A stretch of 64,000 nt of DNA from Paludibacteraceae bacterium (GCA_017483945.1 JAFUUE010000028.1:8365-72364); one strand, 5' to 3'. Shown: positions 45,791-55,294, numbered from the stretch's first letter. The notes: generated by a model from the letters alone, not told the origin. A program made the numbers and translations.

Positions 45791-45820
45791 CCGCCTGGGA
45801 CGCGGGCGGCTCGCCCGCGA
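45791..45820. repeat. REP-like hairpin CCTGGGACGCGGGCGGCTCGCCCGCGA (4th copy)
   Basis: Identical core to 25771, 26001 and 26081. A truncated copy is at 46563-46585. Confidence 0.85.
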
Positions 45821-45830
45821 TAAAAATAGT

Positions 45831-45920
45831 AAACAACTTTAAGCAACTTTAAACAACTTTAAACAATTTCAAACAATTTCAAACAATTTCAAACTACTTG
45901 AAACAACTTTAAACAACTTG
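45831..45920 (+). repeat. 9 tandem 10-bp units (AAACAA[C/T]TT[T/C]) forming the leader of skp-2
   Basis: Direct reading up to 8 nt before the ATG at 45928. Confidence 0.95.
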
Positions 45921-45927
45921 CACAATA

Positions 45928-46419
45928 ATGAAAAAACTTCTTTTCACCCTCGCGCTGCTGCTCCCGATGATGCTCAGCGCACAGAAAATCGGACACATCA
46001 ACACGCAGGAACTCTTCGCAGCCATGCCCGAAGTAGCCAGGGTCCGCGCGCAGATGGACACCATCCAGTCGCAGTACGAGACCACGCTCCTCTCCATGCA
46101 GGAGGAGTTCCAACGTAAGTATCAGGACTACCAGCAGAATGCCGCCACCATGCCCGATGCCGTCAAGAGCATCCGTGAGCAGGAACTCCAGGAGATGCAA
46201 CAGCGCATCCAGACCTTCCTCCAGACCGCGGAGCAGGATATCCAGAAGAAACAGCAGGAACTCCTTGTACCCGTGCATGAGAAAATGACCAAGGCTATCC
46301 AGACCGTCGGTGCTAAGCAAGGCTTCACCTACGTCTTCGACTCTGCTGCTATGGTCTATATCGCACCCGATGCCACCAACCTCATGTCCGAGGTCAAGAA
46401 AGAACTGAAGATACAATAA
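45928..46419 (+). CDS. OmpH/Skp family periplasmic chaperone (second copy)
   Basis: 163 aa with a signal peptide. KIGHINTQELFAAMPE start, coiled-coil body. Confidence 0.85.
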   Translation: MKKLLFTLALLLPMMLSAQKIGHINTQELFAAMPEVARVRAQMDTIQSQYETTLLSMQEEFQRKYQDYQQNAATMPDAVKSIREQELQEMQQRIQTFLQTAEQDIQKKQQELLVPVHEKMTKAIQTVGAKQGFTYVFDSAAMVYIAPDATNLMSEVKKELKIQ

Positions 46420-46431
46420 CTCACATATCTC

Positions 46432-46551
46432 ATGGCTGATAACTGGCTTGAGAAACACTTCGACGAGTACGAGCGACGCCGCCGCCAATGGCAGCGCCGC
46501 TCGCCCGGTAACAATACCTCTCGGGAACAACAAAACCCTTGGAGCGACTAA
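46432..46551 (+). CDS. possible 39-aa basic peptide (MADNWLEKHFDEYERRRRQWQRRSP...)
   Basis: ATG 12 nt after the skp-2 stop. It is too short for the ORF track and there is no further support. Confidence 0.2.
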   Translation: MADNWLEKHFDEYERRRRQWQRRSPGNNTSREQQNPWSD

Positions 46552-46607
46552 CCGCCAATAGCCCCCACCCGGGACGCGGGCATATTTGACTAAATCCTTA
46601 TCCCATT

Positions 46608-48209
46608 ATGACAACTCTTCGCGACAAAGCCTGGGCACGCTGGACCGCCTTGCTACTGCTGGCGCTCGGCATGTTCTGTAGCTACATCTTCATGGACATC
46701 CTCTCTCCCATCAAGGACCTCATGCAGTCCGAACGCGGATGGGACTCCACGGCCTTCGGCACCATGGAAGGAGCCGAGACCTTCCTCAATGTGTTCATCT
46801 TCTTCCTCATCTTCGCCGGCATCATCCTCGATAAGATGGGCGTCCGCTTCACGGCCGTCCTCTCGGGAGGGGTCATGCTCGTCGGAGCACTCATCAAGTA
46901 CTACGCCATCAGCAACGCCTTCAGCGGCAGCGCCCTGGAGGAGTGGTTCACGGCTAACCTCAACTATATCCCCCTCTTTGACGAACTGGGCGTCTCTCCC
47001 TTCTACCGCGGCATGCCCGCCTCGGCCAAGTGCGCCGCCGTCGGCTTCATGATCTTCGGCTGCGGCTGTGAGATGGCCGGCATCACCGTCTCCCGCGGTA
47101 TCGTCAAGTGGTTCAAGGGACGCGAGACCGCTCTCGCGATGGGCTCCGAGATGGCACTCGCACGCCTCGGCGTCGCCACCTGCATGATCTTCTCGCCCTT
47201 CTTCGCACGACTCGGCGGACACGTGGATGTCTCCCGCTCCGTCGCCTTCGGCGTCGTGCTCATGTGCATCGCACTCCTTATGTTCGTCGTCTATTTCTTT
47301 ATGGACAAGCGCCTGGATGCCCAGACCGGCGAGGCGGAGGAGAAAGACGACCCCTTCAAGATATCCGATATCGGACAGATACTCAGCAGCGGAGGCTTCT
47401 GGCTCGTCGCCCTCCTCTGCGTGCTCTACTATAGCGCTATCTTCCCCTTCCAGAAGTATGCGGTCAATATGCTGCAGTGCAACCTCACCCTCACGCCCGG
47501 AAAGGGCTTCTGGGCAGGCAATAGCGTCACGCTCGTGCAGTACGGGCTCATGTTGTTCGTCGCTGTAGCCTCCTTCACTAGTAACTTCTCCAAGGATAAG
47601 GCGGCCAAGATTATCCTCATGACGCTGGCCGTCATGGCTCTCATTATCTATTGCTATATGGGCTACATGCGCGGCACGGCAGAGACTATCTTCGCCGTCT
47701 TCCCGCTGTTGGCTGTGGCTATCACGCCCATCCTCGGCAACTATGTGGACCATAAGGGCAAAGCCGCTACCATGCTCATGCTCGGCTCCCTGCTCCTCAT
47801 CCTCTGCCACCTCACCTTCGCCTTCGTCCTGCCCCAGTTCCGTGGCAACGCCGTAGGCGGTACGGTCGTAGCCTATGTCACTATCCTGGTGCTCGGCGCC
47901 AGCTTCTCCCTCGTGCCCGCGGCCCTCTGGCCCTCCGTGCCCAAACTGGTGGACGAGAAGATTATCGGCTCGGCCTATGCCCTCATCTTCTGGATACAGA
48001 ATATCGGCCTGTGGCTCTTCCCCCTGCTGATAGGCAAGGTGCTGGACAAGACCAACCCCGGCGTCACCGACCCCGTCGCGCTCAACTATACTTGGGCGCT
48101 GGTCATGCTCGCCTGCCTCGGCGTGGCGGCCTTCGCTATCGGCTTTGTGCTCAAGGTGGTGGACCGCAAGAAGCACCTCGGCCTTGAGGAACCGAACATC
48201 AAGGAATAA
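46608..48209 (+). CDS. MFS transporter
   Basis: 533 aa with about 12 TM helices and MFS loop motifs. Confidence 0.8.
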   Translation: MTTLRDKAWARWTALLLLALGMFCSYIFMDILSPIKDLMQSERGWDSTAFGTMEGAETFLNVFIFFLIFAGIILDKMGVRFTAVLSGGVMLVGALIKYYAISNAFSGSALEEWFTANLNYIPLFDELGVSPFYRGMPASAKCAAVGFMIFGCGCEMAGITVSRGIVKWFKGRETALAMGSEMALARLGVATCMIFSPFFARLGGHVDVSRSVAFGVVLMCIALLMFVVYFFMDKRLDAQTGEAEEKDDPFKISDIGQILSSGGFWLVALLCVLYYSAIFPFQKYAVNMLQCNLTLTPGKGFWAGNSVTLVQYGLMLFVAVASFTSNFSKDKAAKIILMTLAVMALIIYCYMGYMRGTAETIFAVFPLLAVAITPILGNYVDHKGKAATMLMLGSLLLILCHLTFAFVLPQFRGNAVGGTVVAYVTILVLGASFSLVPAALWPSVPKLVDEKIIGSAYALIFWIQNIGLWLFPLLIGKVLDKTNPGVTDPVALNYTWALVMLACLGVAAFAIGFVLKVVDRKKHLGLEEPNIKE

Positions 48210-48244
48210 TAGTCGAAAGTCGAAAGCCAAGACTCGAAAGCAAT

Positions 48245-49402
48245 ATGAGTATGAACTGGGATTTCTTGATAGCCGGTCGGGAGCAAATCACCGTGACTAC
48301 AGACAGCCGCAAGGTCACCCCCGGATGCGTGTTCGTCGCGCTGCGGGGGGAGCACTTCGACGGCAATCAGTTCGTGGAGCAGGCCCGTCGTGACGGTGCC
48401 GCCTACGTCATCAGTGGTGATGACGCGCTGGCGCAGCTGCAGGACCTGGCCCGCGCATGGCGGCGGCAATGGGCGGGGACCGTCATCGGCATCACCGGCA
48501 CCAACGGCAAGACAACCACCAAGGAACTGACGGCCGCTGTGCTCTCAACCAAGTACAACGTGCTCTATACGCAGGGGAACCTGAATAACCAGTTGGGTGT
48601 GCCTCTGACGCTCCTGCGTCTGGAGAAACAGCACGAACTGGCTATCATTGAGATGGGGGCCAGCCACCCCGGCGACATACGTGAGTTGGTGGATATAGCG
48701 GAGCCGGACTGCGGCCTCATCACCAATGTGGGGCGCGCCCACCTGCAGGGCTTCGGCTCGTTCGAGGGCGTGATGCGCACCAAGGCGGAGCTGTACGACT
48801 ACCTGCGTGCACACGGGGGCTACTGCTTCCGCAACACGGACAACCCCTATCTGGCGCAAATGGCCGGAGACCTGAAGACCGTCGCCTACCATACGGGCCT
48901 GATGCCCGAGGGAACGCACTTGGTGGGCGCATATAACAGCGAGAATATCCAAGCGGCCCTGTGCGTGGGCGAGGCGTTCGGTGTGAGCCGTGAGGACGGT
49001 CTGGCCGCCGTGCGTGCCTACGTGCCGAGCAACAACCGTTCGCAACTGCTGCAGACTGCGCATAACACGCTGGTAGTGGACGCCTACAATGCCAATCCGA
49101 CCAGCATGCAGGCCGCCATCAATGCCTTCGCGGGCGACACCTATATCTTGGGTGCCATGCGGGAACTGGGCGAGTACAGCCATACGGAGCACCAGAATAT
49201 CGTCAACATGCTGCTGGAACGCAAGGCGGACACGGTACTGCTGGTGGGAGGCGAGTGGAAAGAGACGACTGCGCCCTATCCGGTCTTTGACGATGCACAG
49301 GCGTTGCAGACATATCTGGAGCAACATCCCGTCCGCGGGAGCCGCGTGCTGCTAAAGGGCTCGCATAGTGTAGGTTTGGAGAATATAGTACCTTTGTTAT
49401 GA
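48245..49402 (+). CDS. murF: UDP-N-acetylmuramoyl-tripeptide--D-alanyl-D-alanine ligase (short form)
   Basis: 385 aa. TDSRKVTPGCVFVALRGEHFDGNQF and GITGTNGKTTTKE P-loop. Confidence 0.85.
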   Translation: MSMNWDFLIAGREQITVTTDSRKVTPGCVFVALRGEHFDGNQFVEQARRDGAAYVISGDDALAQLQDLARAWRRQWAGTVIGITGTNGKTTTKELTAAVLSTKYNVLYTQGNLNNQLGVPLTLLRLEKQHELAIIEMGASHPGDIRELVDIAEPDCGLITNVGRAHLQGFGSFEGVMRTKAELYDYLRAHGGYCFRNTDNPYLAQMAGDLKTVAYHTGLMPEGTHLVGAYNSENIQAALCVGEAFGVSREDGLAAVRAYVPSNNRSQLLQTAHNTLVVDAYNANPTSMQAAINAFAGDTYILGAMRELGEYSHTEHQNIVNMLLERKADTVLLVGGEWKETTAPYPVFDDAQALQTYLEQHPVRGSRVLLKGSHSVGLENIVPLL

Positions 49403-50277
49403 ATAAGAATAGAACAATACTGATTGTTGTCATTGCCGTGCTGGTGGTGGTTATCGTGCTGCTGGCCGGGATGTCATGGCACCAGCATACTGCGATGTCG
49501 GAGATGGTCGAACAGATGGAGTGGGAGAAAGAGCAGTTGGAGAACGAGTACGAGGACCTGGCCATCCAGTTCGACGGTTATCAGGACATGAATATCCGCA
49601 ATGACTCGCTGCAGGACCAACTGAATCGCGAGCAGCAACGCGTGCGTGACCTGCTGGAAGAGCTGCGTGTGACCAAGGTGACCAACGCGCGCCGTATAGC
49701 CGAGTTGAAGAAAGAGTTGGCGACGGTGCGTGCCGTGTTGGCGGATTATGTGGTGCAGATTGACTCGCTCAACCGCACGAATGAGCGTCTGACGGCGGAG
49801 AACACGCAGTACCGTCAGCAATATACCGAGGTGGCGCAGGTGGCGCAGCAGTTGCAGGAAGAGAAGACGCAACTGACGGAGGTGGTGACGCGTGCCGCGA
49901 TGCTGGAAGTGACTGACTTCACGGTCGTGATGCTCAACAAGAACGACCGCAAGACCCGTATGCTCTCGCATGCGGCCAAGTTGCAGTTCGACTATACGAT
50001 AGCCAAGAATATCACGACCGAGCCGGGTATGAAGCAGGTGTATCTGCGTCTGGTGACCCCTGAGGGTGAACTGCTTAGCACGGATACGGCGCATGTGTTC
50101 GGCTACGAAGACAGTCATATCGGCTACTCGCTGATGCAGGAGCTGGAGTACGGCGGCGGGGAGACGCCCGGCACGCTGTACTGGCGCATGCAGGGCGGCG
50201 AGCAGAAAGGTATCTACAACGCCGACTTCTTCATAGACGGCAGTCTGGTCGGCTCTTTCCCGTTTGAACTTAAGTAA
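49399..50277 (+). CDS. membrane-anchored coiled-coil protein of unknown function
   Basis: 292 aa with an N-terminal TM, a long Q/E/R coiled coil, and a globular C-domain. ATGA overlap with murF. Confidence 0.6.
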   Translation: MNKNRTILIVVIAVLVVVIVLLAGMSWHQHTAMSEMVEQMEWEKEQLENEYEDLAIQFDGYQDMNIRNDSLQDQLNREQQRVRDLLEELRVTKVTNARRIAELKKELATVRAVLADYVVQIDSLNRTNERLTAENTQYRQQYTEVAQVAQQLQEEKTQLTEVVTRAAMLEVTDFTVVMLNKNDRKTRMLSHAAKLQFDYTIAKNITTEPGMKQVYLRLVTPEGELLSTDTAHVFGYEDSHIGYSLMQELEYGGGETPGTLYWRMQGGEQKGIYNADFFIDGSLVGSFPFELK

Positions 50278-50287
50278 TCGCAGTGTG

Positions 50288-51277
50288 ATGCTTCTCCTGG
50301 GTCCTTGTGCAGCAGAGAGCCGCGAACAAGTGTTGGCGACGGCCGAGCAGTTAGTGGGTCAGTTGCCTGCCGGGAGGGCGTTTGTCTATCGTGCCGGTGC
50401 GTGGAAGCCGCGTACCAGCCCCGGGACCTTCCAAGGCGCAGGCGCCGTGGCATTGCCCTGGTTGGGCGAGGTGCGCGCCCGTTTCGGCGTGCCCGTAGCT
50501 ACGGAAGTGGCCACGGAGGAGCATGTGCGGATGGCTCTGGAGGCGGGGATAGACTACCTGTGGATAGGTGCGCGCACGTCGGCCAATCCTATATTGGTGC
50601 AGTTGCTGGCGGACGCGTTGACCACGGCCCCGCAGAAGCCGCAGGGCGTGCTGGTGAAGAATCCGGTGAACGACGACTGGCGGCTGTGGGAGGGTAATAT
50701 CCGTCGCTGTCAGGCGTCGGGTGTGCCTGTCATGGCGGTGCATCGCGGTTGCGGTCATGAGCCGCACTGGGAGATGGCCTATCGGCTACGGCAGACGATG
50801 CCGGAGGTGCCGCTGCTGCTGGACCCGAGCCATATGGCCGGTAAGACGGCGGGCATAGCCCCTTTAGTGGTCGTGGCGGAGAGGTTGCAGTATGCGGGAC
50901 TGATGGTGGAGGTGCACTGCCGGCCAGCGGAGGCACTGTCGGATGCGGAGCAACAACTGACTCCGGCTGAGGCGGTTGCGTTGCTTGCAGGAAGCGGAAC
51001 CGAGGCGGCTGAGGAGTCGCAGACTCTGGCGTGGCTGCGGCAGATGATTGACGAGGAAGACGAGCGGCTGTGGCATGTGCTGCTGCGGCGTATGGATATT
51101 GTGCGGGAGATAGGCGAGTACAAACGGGCGGAGGGAATGGCCGTGTTGCAACCGGAACGGTATGAGGCTATCGTGCGCCGCCGAGAGGAGTGGGCAAGGG
51201 AGCATGGGCTATCGGACGAGGCCGTGCATACGATACTGGACGCCATCCACCGTGAGGCGTGCCGCGTGCAGCAGTAA
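50288..51277 (+). CDS. bifunctional 3-deoxy-7-phosphoheptulonate synthase / chorismate mutase type II
   Basis: ATG at 50288 (MLLLGPCAAESREQVL...AGAWKPRTSP). C-terminal CM_2 helix LRQMIDEEDERLWHVLLRRMDIVREIGEYK. Confidence 0.85.
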   Translation: MLLLGPCAAESREQVLATAEQLVGQLPAGRAFVYRAGAWKPRTSPGTFQGAGAVALPWLGEVRARFGVPVATEVATEEHVRMALEAGIDYLWIGARTSANPILVQLLADALTTAPQKPQGVLVKNPVNDDWRLWEGNIRRCQASGVPVMAVHRGCGHEPHWEMAYRLRQTMPEVPLLLDPSHMAGKTAGIAPLVVVAERLQYAGLMVEVHCRPAEALSDAEQQLTPAEAVALLAGSGTEAAEESQTLAWLRQMIDEEDERLWHVLLRRMDIVREIGEYKRAEGMAVLQPERYEAIVRRREEWAREHGLSDEAVHTILDAIHREACRVQQ

Positions 51278-51293
51278 CATACTGATGCTCTAC

Positions 51294-51351
51294 GAATTAC
51301 CTATGAATCACCTATGAATCACCTAAGAATCACTAAAGAATCACCTAAGAT
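51294..51351. repeat. 5 tandem 11-bp units (GAATCACCTAA-like)
   Basis: gaattacctat gaatcacctat gaatcacctaa gaatcactaaa gaatcacctaa, between the DAHPS/CM stop and miaB. Confidence 0.9.
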
Positions 51352-51414
51352 TGGTGCGGGTTCGCTCGCGGAAAGATACAGAATAACAGGATATTATAAA
51401 GTGACAAATAAGCA

Positions 51415-52740
51415 ATGGGAAAGCGATTTTACATAGAGACTTACGGCTGTCAGATGAATGTGGCTGACAGTGAGGTCGTTGCGGCAGTGATGGAGACGAC
51501 GGGCGCGACGCTGGCGGAACGTGCAGACGAGGCGGATGTCATCCTGCTGAACACATGTTCGATACGTGACAATGCCGAGCAGCGTGTGACGCATCGTCTG
51601 GAAGAGATACAGGCCCTTCGGCGCAAGCAGGAGAAGAAGGCGCTGATTGGCGTCATCGGCTGCATGGCAGAGCGTATGGGGCAGGAGTTGGTCGATACGT
51701 ACCACGTTGATTTTGTGGCGGGTCCGGACGCTTATATGGATATCCCGAACCTGGTGGCTCAGGCGGAAATGGGGCATAAGGCTATCAATATCCAACTGAG
51801 CACGACAGAGACCTACCGCGACGTGATGCCTGCCCGTATCGGCAAGACAATCAGTGGTTTCGTGAGCATCATGCGCGGTTGTAACAATTTCTGCTCCTAC
51901 TGCGTGGTGCCTTACACCCGCGGTCGTGAGCGCAGCCGTGATACGGAGAGTATATTGAACGAGGTGCGCGACCTTTGGGCGCGTGGTTATAAGGAGGTTA
52001 CGCTGCTCGGGCAGAACGTGAACTCATATAAGTTCGTGCGTGAAGACGGCGTGACGGTCGATTTCGCGGACCTGCTGGAGCAGGTGGCGGAGGCGGTGCC
52101 GGAGATGCGTGTGCGCTTCACGACGAGCCATCCTAAGGATATGTCGGACAAGACGTTAGAGGCGATTGCCCGTCACAAGAACCTGTGCAAGTTCATCCAC
52201 CTGCCGGTGCAGTCCGGTTCGGACAGGATACTGAAACTGATGAACCGTAAGTACACGCGTGCGTGGTACCTGGACCGTATCGCGGCCATTCGGCGCATAC
52301 TGCCGGAAGCGACGATAGGGACCGATGTGTTCTGCGGCTTCCACAGCGAGACACTCGAGGACCATGCGGAGACGCTGAGCCTGATGCGCGAGGTGGGTTT
52401 TGACACGGCGTTCATGTTCAAGTACAGCGAGCGCCCGGGCACGTATGCAAGCAAGCATCTGCCGGACGACATCAGCGAGGAGGAGAAAGTGCGCCGCCTG
52501 AACGAGATAATCGCCTTGCAGACCGAACTGAGCCTACAGAGCAACCTGCGCGAAGTGGGCAAGACGGTAGAGGTGCTGGTGGAGGGGTACAGCAAGCGCA
52601 GTCGCGAGGACATGTACGGCAGGACATCGCAGTACAAGACGGTGGTCTTCCCCCGCGAGGGACGTCATATCGGCGAACTGGTGGAGGTGGTCGTGACGGA
52701 GGCCACGGCGGCAACGCTGAAAGGGCATATTGCGGGGTGA
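51415..52740 (+). CDS. miaB: tRNA-2-methylthio-N6-dimethylallyladenosine synthase
   Basis: 441 aa. FYIETYGCQMNVADSE, radical-SAM CNNFCSYCVVP, TRAM C-terminus. Confidence 0.92.
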   Translation: MGKRFYIETYGCQMNVADSEVVAAVMETTGATLAERADEADVILLNTCSIRDNAEQRVTHRLEEIQALRRKQEKKALIGVIGCMAERMGQELVDTYHVDFVAGPDAYMDIPNLVAQAEMGHKAINIQLSTTETYRDVMPARIGKTISGFVSIMRGCNNFCSYCVVPYTRGRERSRDTESILNEVRDLWARGYKEVTLLGQNVNSYKFVREDGVTVDFADLLEQVAEAVPEMRVRFTTSHPKDMSDKTLEAIARHKNLCKFIHLPVQSGSDRILKLMNRKYTRAWYLDRIAAIRRILPEATIGTDVFCGFHSETLEDHAETLSLMREVGFDTAFMFKYSERPGTYASKHLPDDISEEEKVRRLNEIIALQTELSLQSNLREVGKTVEVLVEGYSKRSREDMYGRTSQYKTVVFPREGRHIGELVEVVVTEATAATLKGHIAG

Positions 52741-52753
52741 ATCACTCCGCTTA

Positions 52754-52882
52754 ATTTACCATTTGGTCATTTACCATGTACCATTTATGTACCATTGGGT
52801 TATTTAGCTATTTATGCATAGTTGACTAAATGGTTCAATAACTCAATAAATGCCCAAATGGTACATGCCCAAATGGTACATG
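52754..52882. repeat. inverted sets of short tandem repeats (GTACCATTT / AAATGGTAC) between convergent miaB and cysS
   Basis: CATGTACCATTTATGTACCATTGGG (about 52775-52799) is complementary to CCCAAATGGTACATGCCCAAATGGTACATG (about 52853-52882), giving a long imperfect hairpin. Confidence 0.8.
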
Positions 52883-52883
52883 C

Positions 52884-54353
52884 TCAGATGCTCCACTCGA
52901 ATCCGTCCTTCGTGTCTTTTATTTGAAAACCGAGTGCGGTGAGGTTGTTGCGTATGCGGTCGCTGGTGGCGAAGTCGCGGTTGCGCTTGGCTTCCAGTCT
53001 CATATTGAGCAACATATCGACTGCTCCGTGGTAGGCTTCGGTGTGGTTGTTTTGCCCCTCACTTTCCTCAAACTGCAGTCCGAGTATATCTACGGCGAAG
53101 GTGCGCCATGCCTTGCGCAGGGTAGCCAGTTCGTCGGGGCTGAGCGTGGCCTTGCCGTCCCAGACGGTGTTGATGGTCTTGGCCGAGTCGAACAGCGCGG
53201 AGACGACCATCGGGCTGTTCAGGTCGTCGTCCATGGCCTCGGTGCAGCGGGTATAGAGTTCGTTGTCAGCGGCTTGTTCGGGCGCTCCGGCGCGTTCGCA
53301 GAGTTTGAGCAGGCGCATGTAGGCCTCCTGGAGACGGGTGAATCCTTTCTCGGCGGCCTCGAGTGCTTCGCTGCTGAAATCGACGGTGGAGCGGTAGTGG
53401 GCCATGAGGATGAACAGGCGGATAGTCATCGGCGAGAAGGGCTTGGTGAGCAGCGGATGCTTGCCCGTGAAGAACTGCTCGAGGGTGATGAAGTTGTTGT
53501 AGGACTTGCCCATCTTCTTGCCGGCGATGGTAATCATGTTGTTGTGCATCCAGTAGTGGACGGTGTCGTGTCCGAGTGCGGCGCACGACTGTGCTATCTC
53601 GGCCTCGTGGTGGGGGAACATGAGGTCGAGTCCGCCGCCGTGGATGTCAAACTGCTCGCCGAGGTACTTGGTGCCCATGGCAGAGCACTCCATGTGCCAT
53701 CCGGGGAAGCCTTCGGACCAGGGGCTCGGCCAGTGCATGATATGCTCGGGGGACGCCTTCTTCCACAGGGCGAAGTCGTAGGGGTGGCGCTTCTCGGCCT
53801 GCCCGTCCAATTCGCGGGTCTCGGCGATGATATCCTGGAGGTTACGGCCGGAGAGCTTGCCGTAGGGGAAGTCCTTGGCATATTTCTCGACGTCCATATA
53901 GACGCTGCCGTTGGAGATGTAGGCGTAGCCGTGGTCGAGGATGCGTTGTACGAAGGCAATCTGCTCGATGATGTGTCCGCTGGCATGCGGTTCGATGCTG
54001 GGGGGCAGGACGTTGAGGGCCGCCATGTCGCGGTGGTAGCGGTTGGTGTAGTACTGCACTACCTCCATCGGCTCCAGTTGCTCGAGCCGTGCTTTCTTGG
54101 CTATCTTGTCCTCCCCCTCGTCGGCATCGTGTTCGAGGTGTCCGACATCGGTGATGTTACGCACGTAGCGCACCTTGTAGCCGAGGTGGAGCAGGTAGCG
54201 ATAGAGCAGGTCGAACGTGATAGCGGGCCGTGCGTGCCCCAGGTGAGCGTCGCCATAGACGGTCGGACCGCAGACATACATGCCGACGCGCCCCTCGTGG
54301 AGAGGGCGGAAGACTTCCTTGCGGTGGGAGAGGGTGTTGTAGATTTCCAACAT
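52884..54353 (-). CDS. cysS: cysteine--tRNA ligase
   Basis: ATG at 54353 gives [42 protein letters not shown] (HIGH motif). KMGKS is present. Confidence 0.92.
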   Translation of the reverse strand: MLEIYNTLSHRKEVFRPLHEGRVGMYVCGPTVYGDAHLGHARPAITFDLLYRYLLHLGYKVRYVRNITDVGHLEHDADEGEDKIAKKARLEQLEPMEVVQYYTNRYHRDMAALNVLPPSIEPHASGHIIEQIAFVQRILDHGYAYISNGSVYMDVEKYAKDFPYGKLSGRNLQDIIAETRELDGQAEKRHPYDFALWKKASPEHIMHWPSPWSEGFPGWHMECSAMGTKYLGEQFDIHGGGLDLMFPHHEAEIAQSCAALGHDTVHYWMHNNMITIAGKKMGKSYNNFITLEQFFTGKHPLLTKPFSPMTIRLFILMAHYRSTVDFSSEALEAAEKGFTRLQEAYMRLLKLCERAGAPEQAADNELYTRCTEAMDDDLNSPMVVSALFDSAKTINTVWDGKATLSPDELATLRKAWRTFAVDILGLQFEESEGQNNHTEAYHGAVDMLLNMRLEAKRNRDFATSDRIRNNLTALGFQIKDTKDGFEWSI

Positions 54354-54376
54354 AATATCTGTTACTGTTTTGCGCG

Positions 54377-54408
54377 CAAAGGTACAAAAAATAGCGGATA
54401 TGTGCAAG
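54377..54408 (-). promoter_or_regulatory. promoter of cysS
   Basis: Minus strand: CTTG (54408-54405), N20, TACCTTTG (54384-54377). Confidence 0.55.
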
Positions 54409-54445
54409 TATAAATACCAATATTTGGGTATTTATGTTCGTTTTT

Positions 54446-54478
54446 GTGCAAAAAGTGCAAAAAGTGCAAAAAGTGCAA
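54446..54478. repeat. (GTGCAAAAA)x3.5, 9-bp tandem repeat
   Basis: Direct reading, upstream of the cysS promoter. Confidence 0.9.
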
Positions 54479-54598
54479 CGCGTTTTTCGCATAATTGGGG
54501 CAAACCGCCCCGGCGCTTCGTTAGTGGTTCTTAGAGATTCATAGTGGTTCTTAGTCGTTCGCCGAGGCTCGTCGTTCTATAGGCGAAGAGAGACACCG

Positions 54599-54628
54599 AG
54601 CGCGGCATCCTGTCGGGAATGCCGCGCT
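54599..54628 (-). terminator. hairpin after the LRR gene
   Basis: AGCGCGGCA ... TGCCGCGCT (9-bp stem), about 20 nt after the stop at 54651. The U-tract is weak. Confidence 0.45.
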
Positions 54629-54650
54629 TGAGGTATCAGGGGAAGAGGAT

Positions 54651-55294
54651 TTACTTGACTTGCTGCCCCTGGAGGGTGTAGGTCTTGTCCCCGCGGAGGA
54701 TATAAATCTGACCGTCACGGAGAATCTTCTGTGCCTTCGTATATTGTACATTGTCACTTTGTACATTCTCTATTGCCTCCGAGTCGTCGCCTTCATACGT
54801 GCCTTGGGTAATGAATGTTTGCTCTGAACCGTAGTAATTTCTTCAATTTCAGAAATACTATTAGGAACCTCAATCGCACTTAAACTACTGCAACCATTGA
54901 AAGCACTACTTCCTATACTTGTGACGCTATTAGGTATATTAATAGAGGTTAAACCGCTACAACCAGAAAAAGCAGAATTCCAAATACGTGTGACGCTGTT
55001 TGGAATAGTTATAGAACTCAGGCCGGTGCAACCATAGAAAGCATTAGCCCCAATGCTTGTGACGCTGTAAGTGGTGGAATTGAACTCTACTGTTTCAGGA
55101 ATAATGGCGATGATTAGGCCGGAATTATTATCTCTTGTTTCTTCCGAAAGTACTTGTTGTTGATAAGTCACTTCTGCCGTTAGGCTTGTGGCATTGAGAT
55201 TGTAGTACAAATCGCCGATTTGCACTCTTTCTGCGTGCATCATTCCGATGTTTGTCATAATGACAAAAAGGAGTGTAAGTAGTCGTTTACTCAT
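54651..55294 (-). pseudogene. BspA-type leucine-rich-repeat surface protein, frameshifted
   Basis: ATG 55294 ([21 protein letters not shown]). LRR_5-type repeats ([19 protein letters not shown]). The frame ends at 54770, but another frame continues [59 protein letters not shown] to 54651. Confidence 0.6.

Noticed and set aside
46653-48230. 525-aa ORF on the - strand
   Set aside because: It is an antisense shadow of the MFS transporter gene. The translation is dominated by Glu/Asp/Gly/His runs mirroring hydrophobic codons.
52923-54413. 496-aa ORF on the + strand
   Set aside because: It is an antisense shadow of cysS, whose HIGH and KMGKS motifs fix the real frame.
54551-54766. 71-aa ORF on the - strand
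   Set aside because: This is the wrong frame over the C-terminal tail of the LRR gene. The alternative frame gives the conserved ...KILRDGQIYILRGDKTYTLQGQQVK ending.
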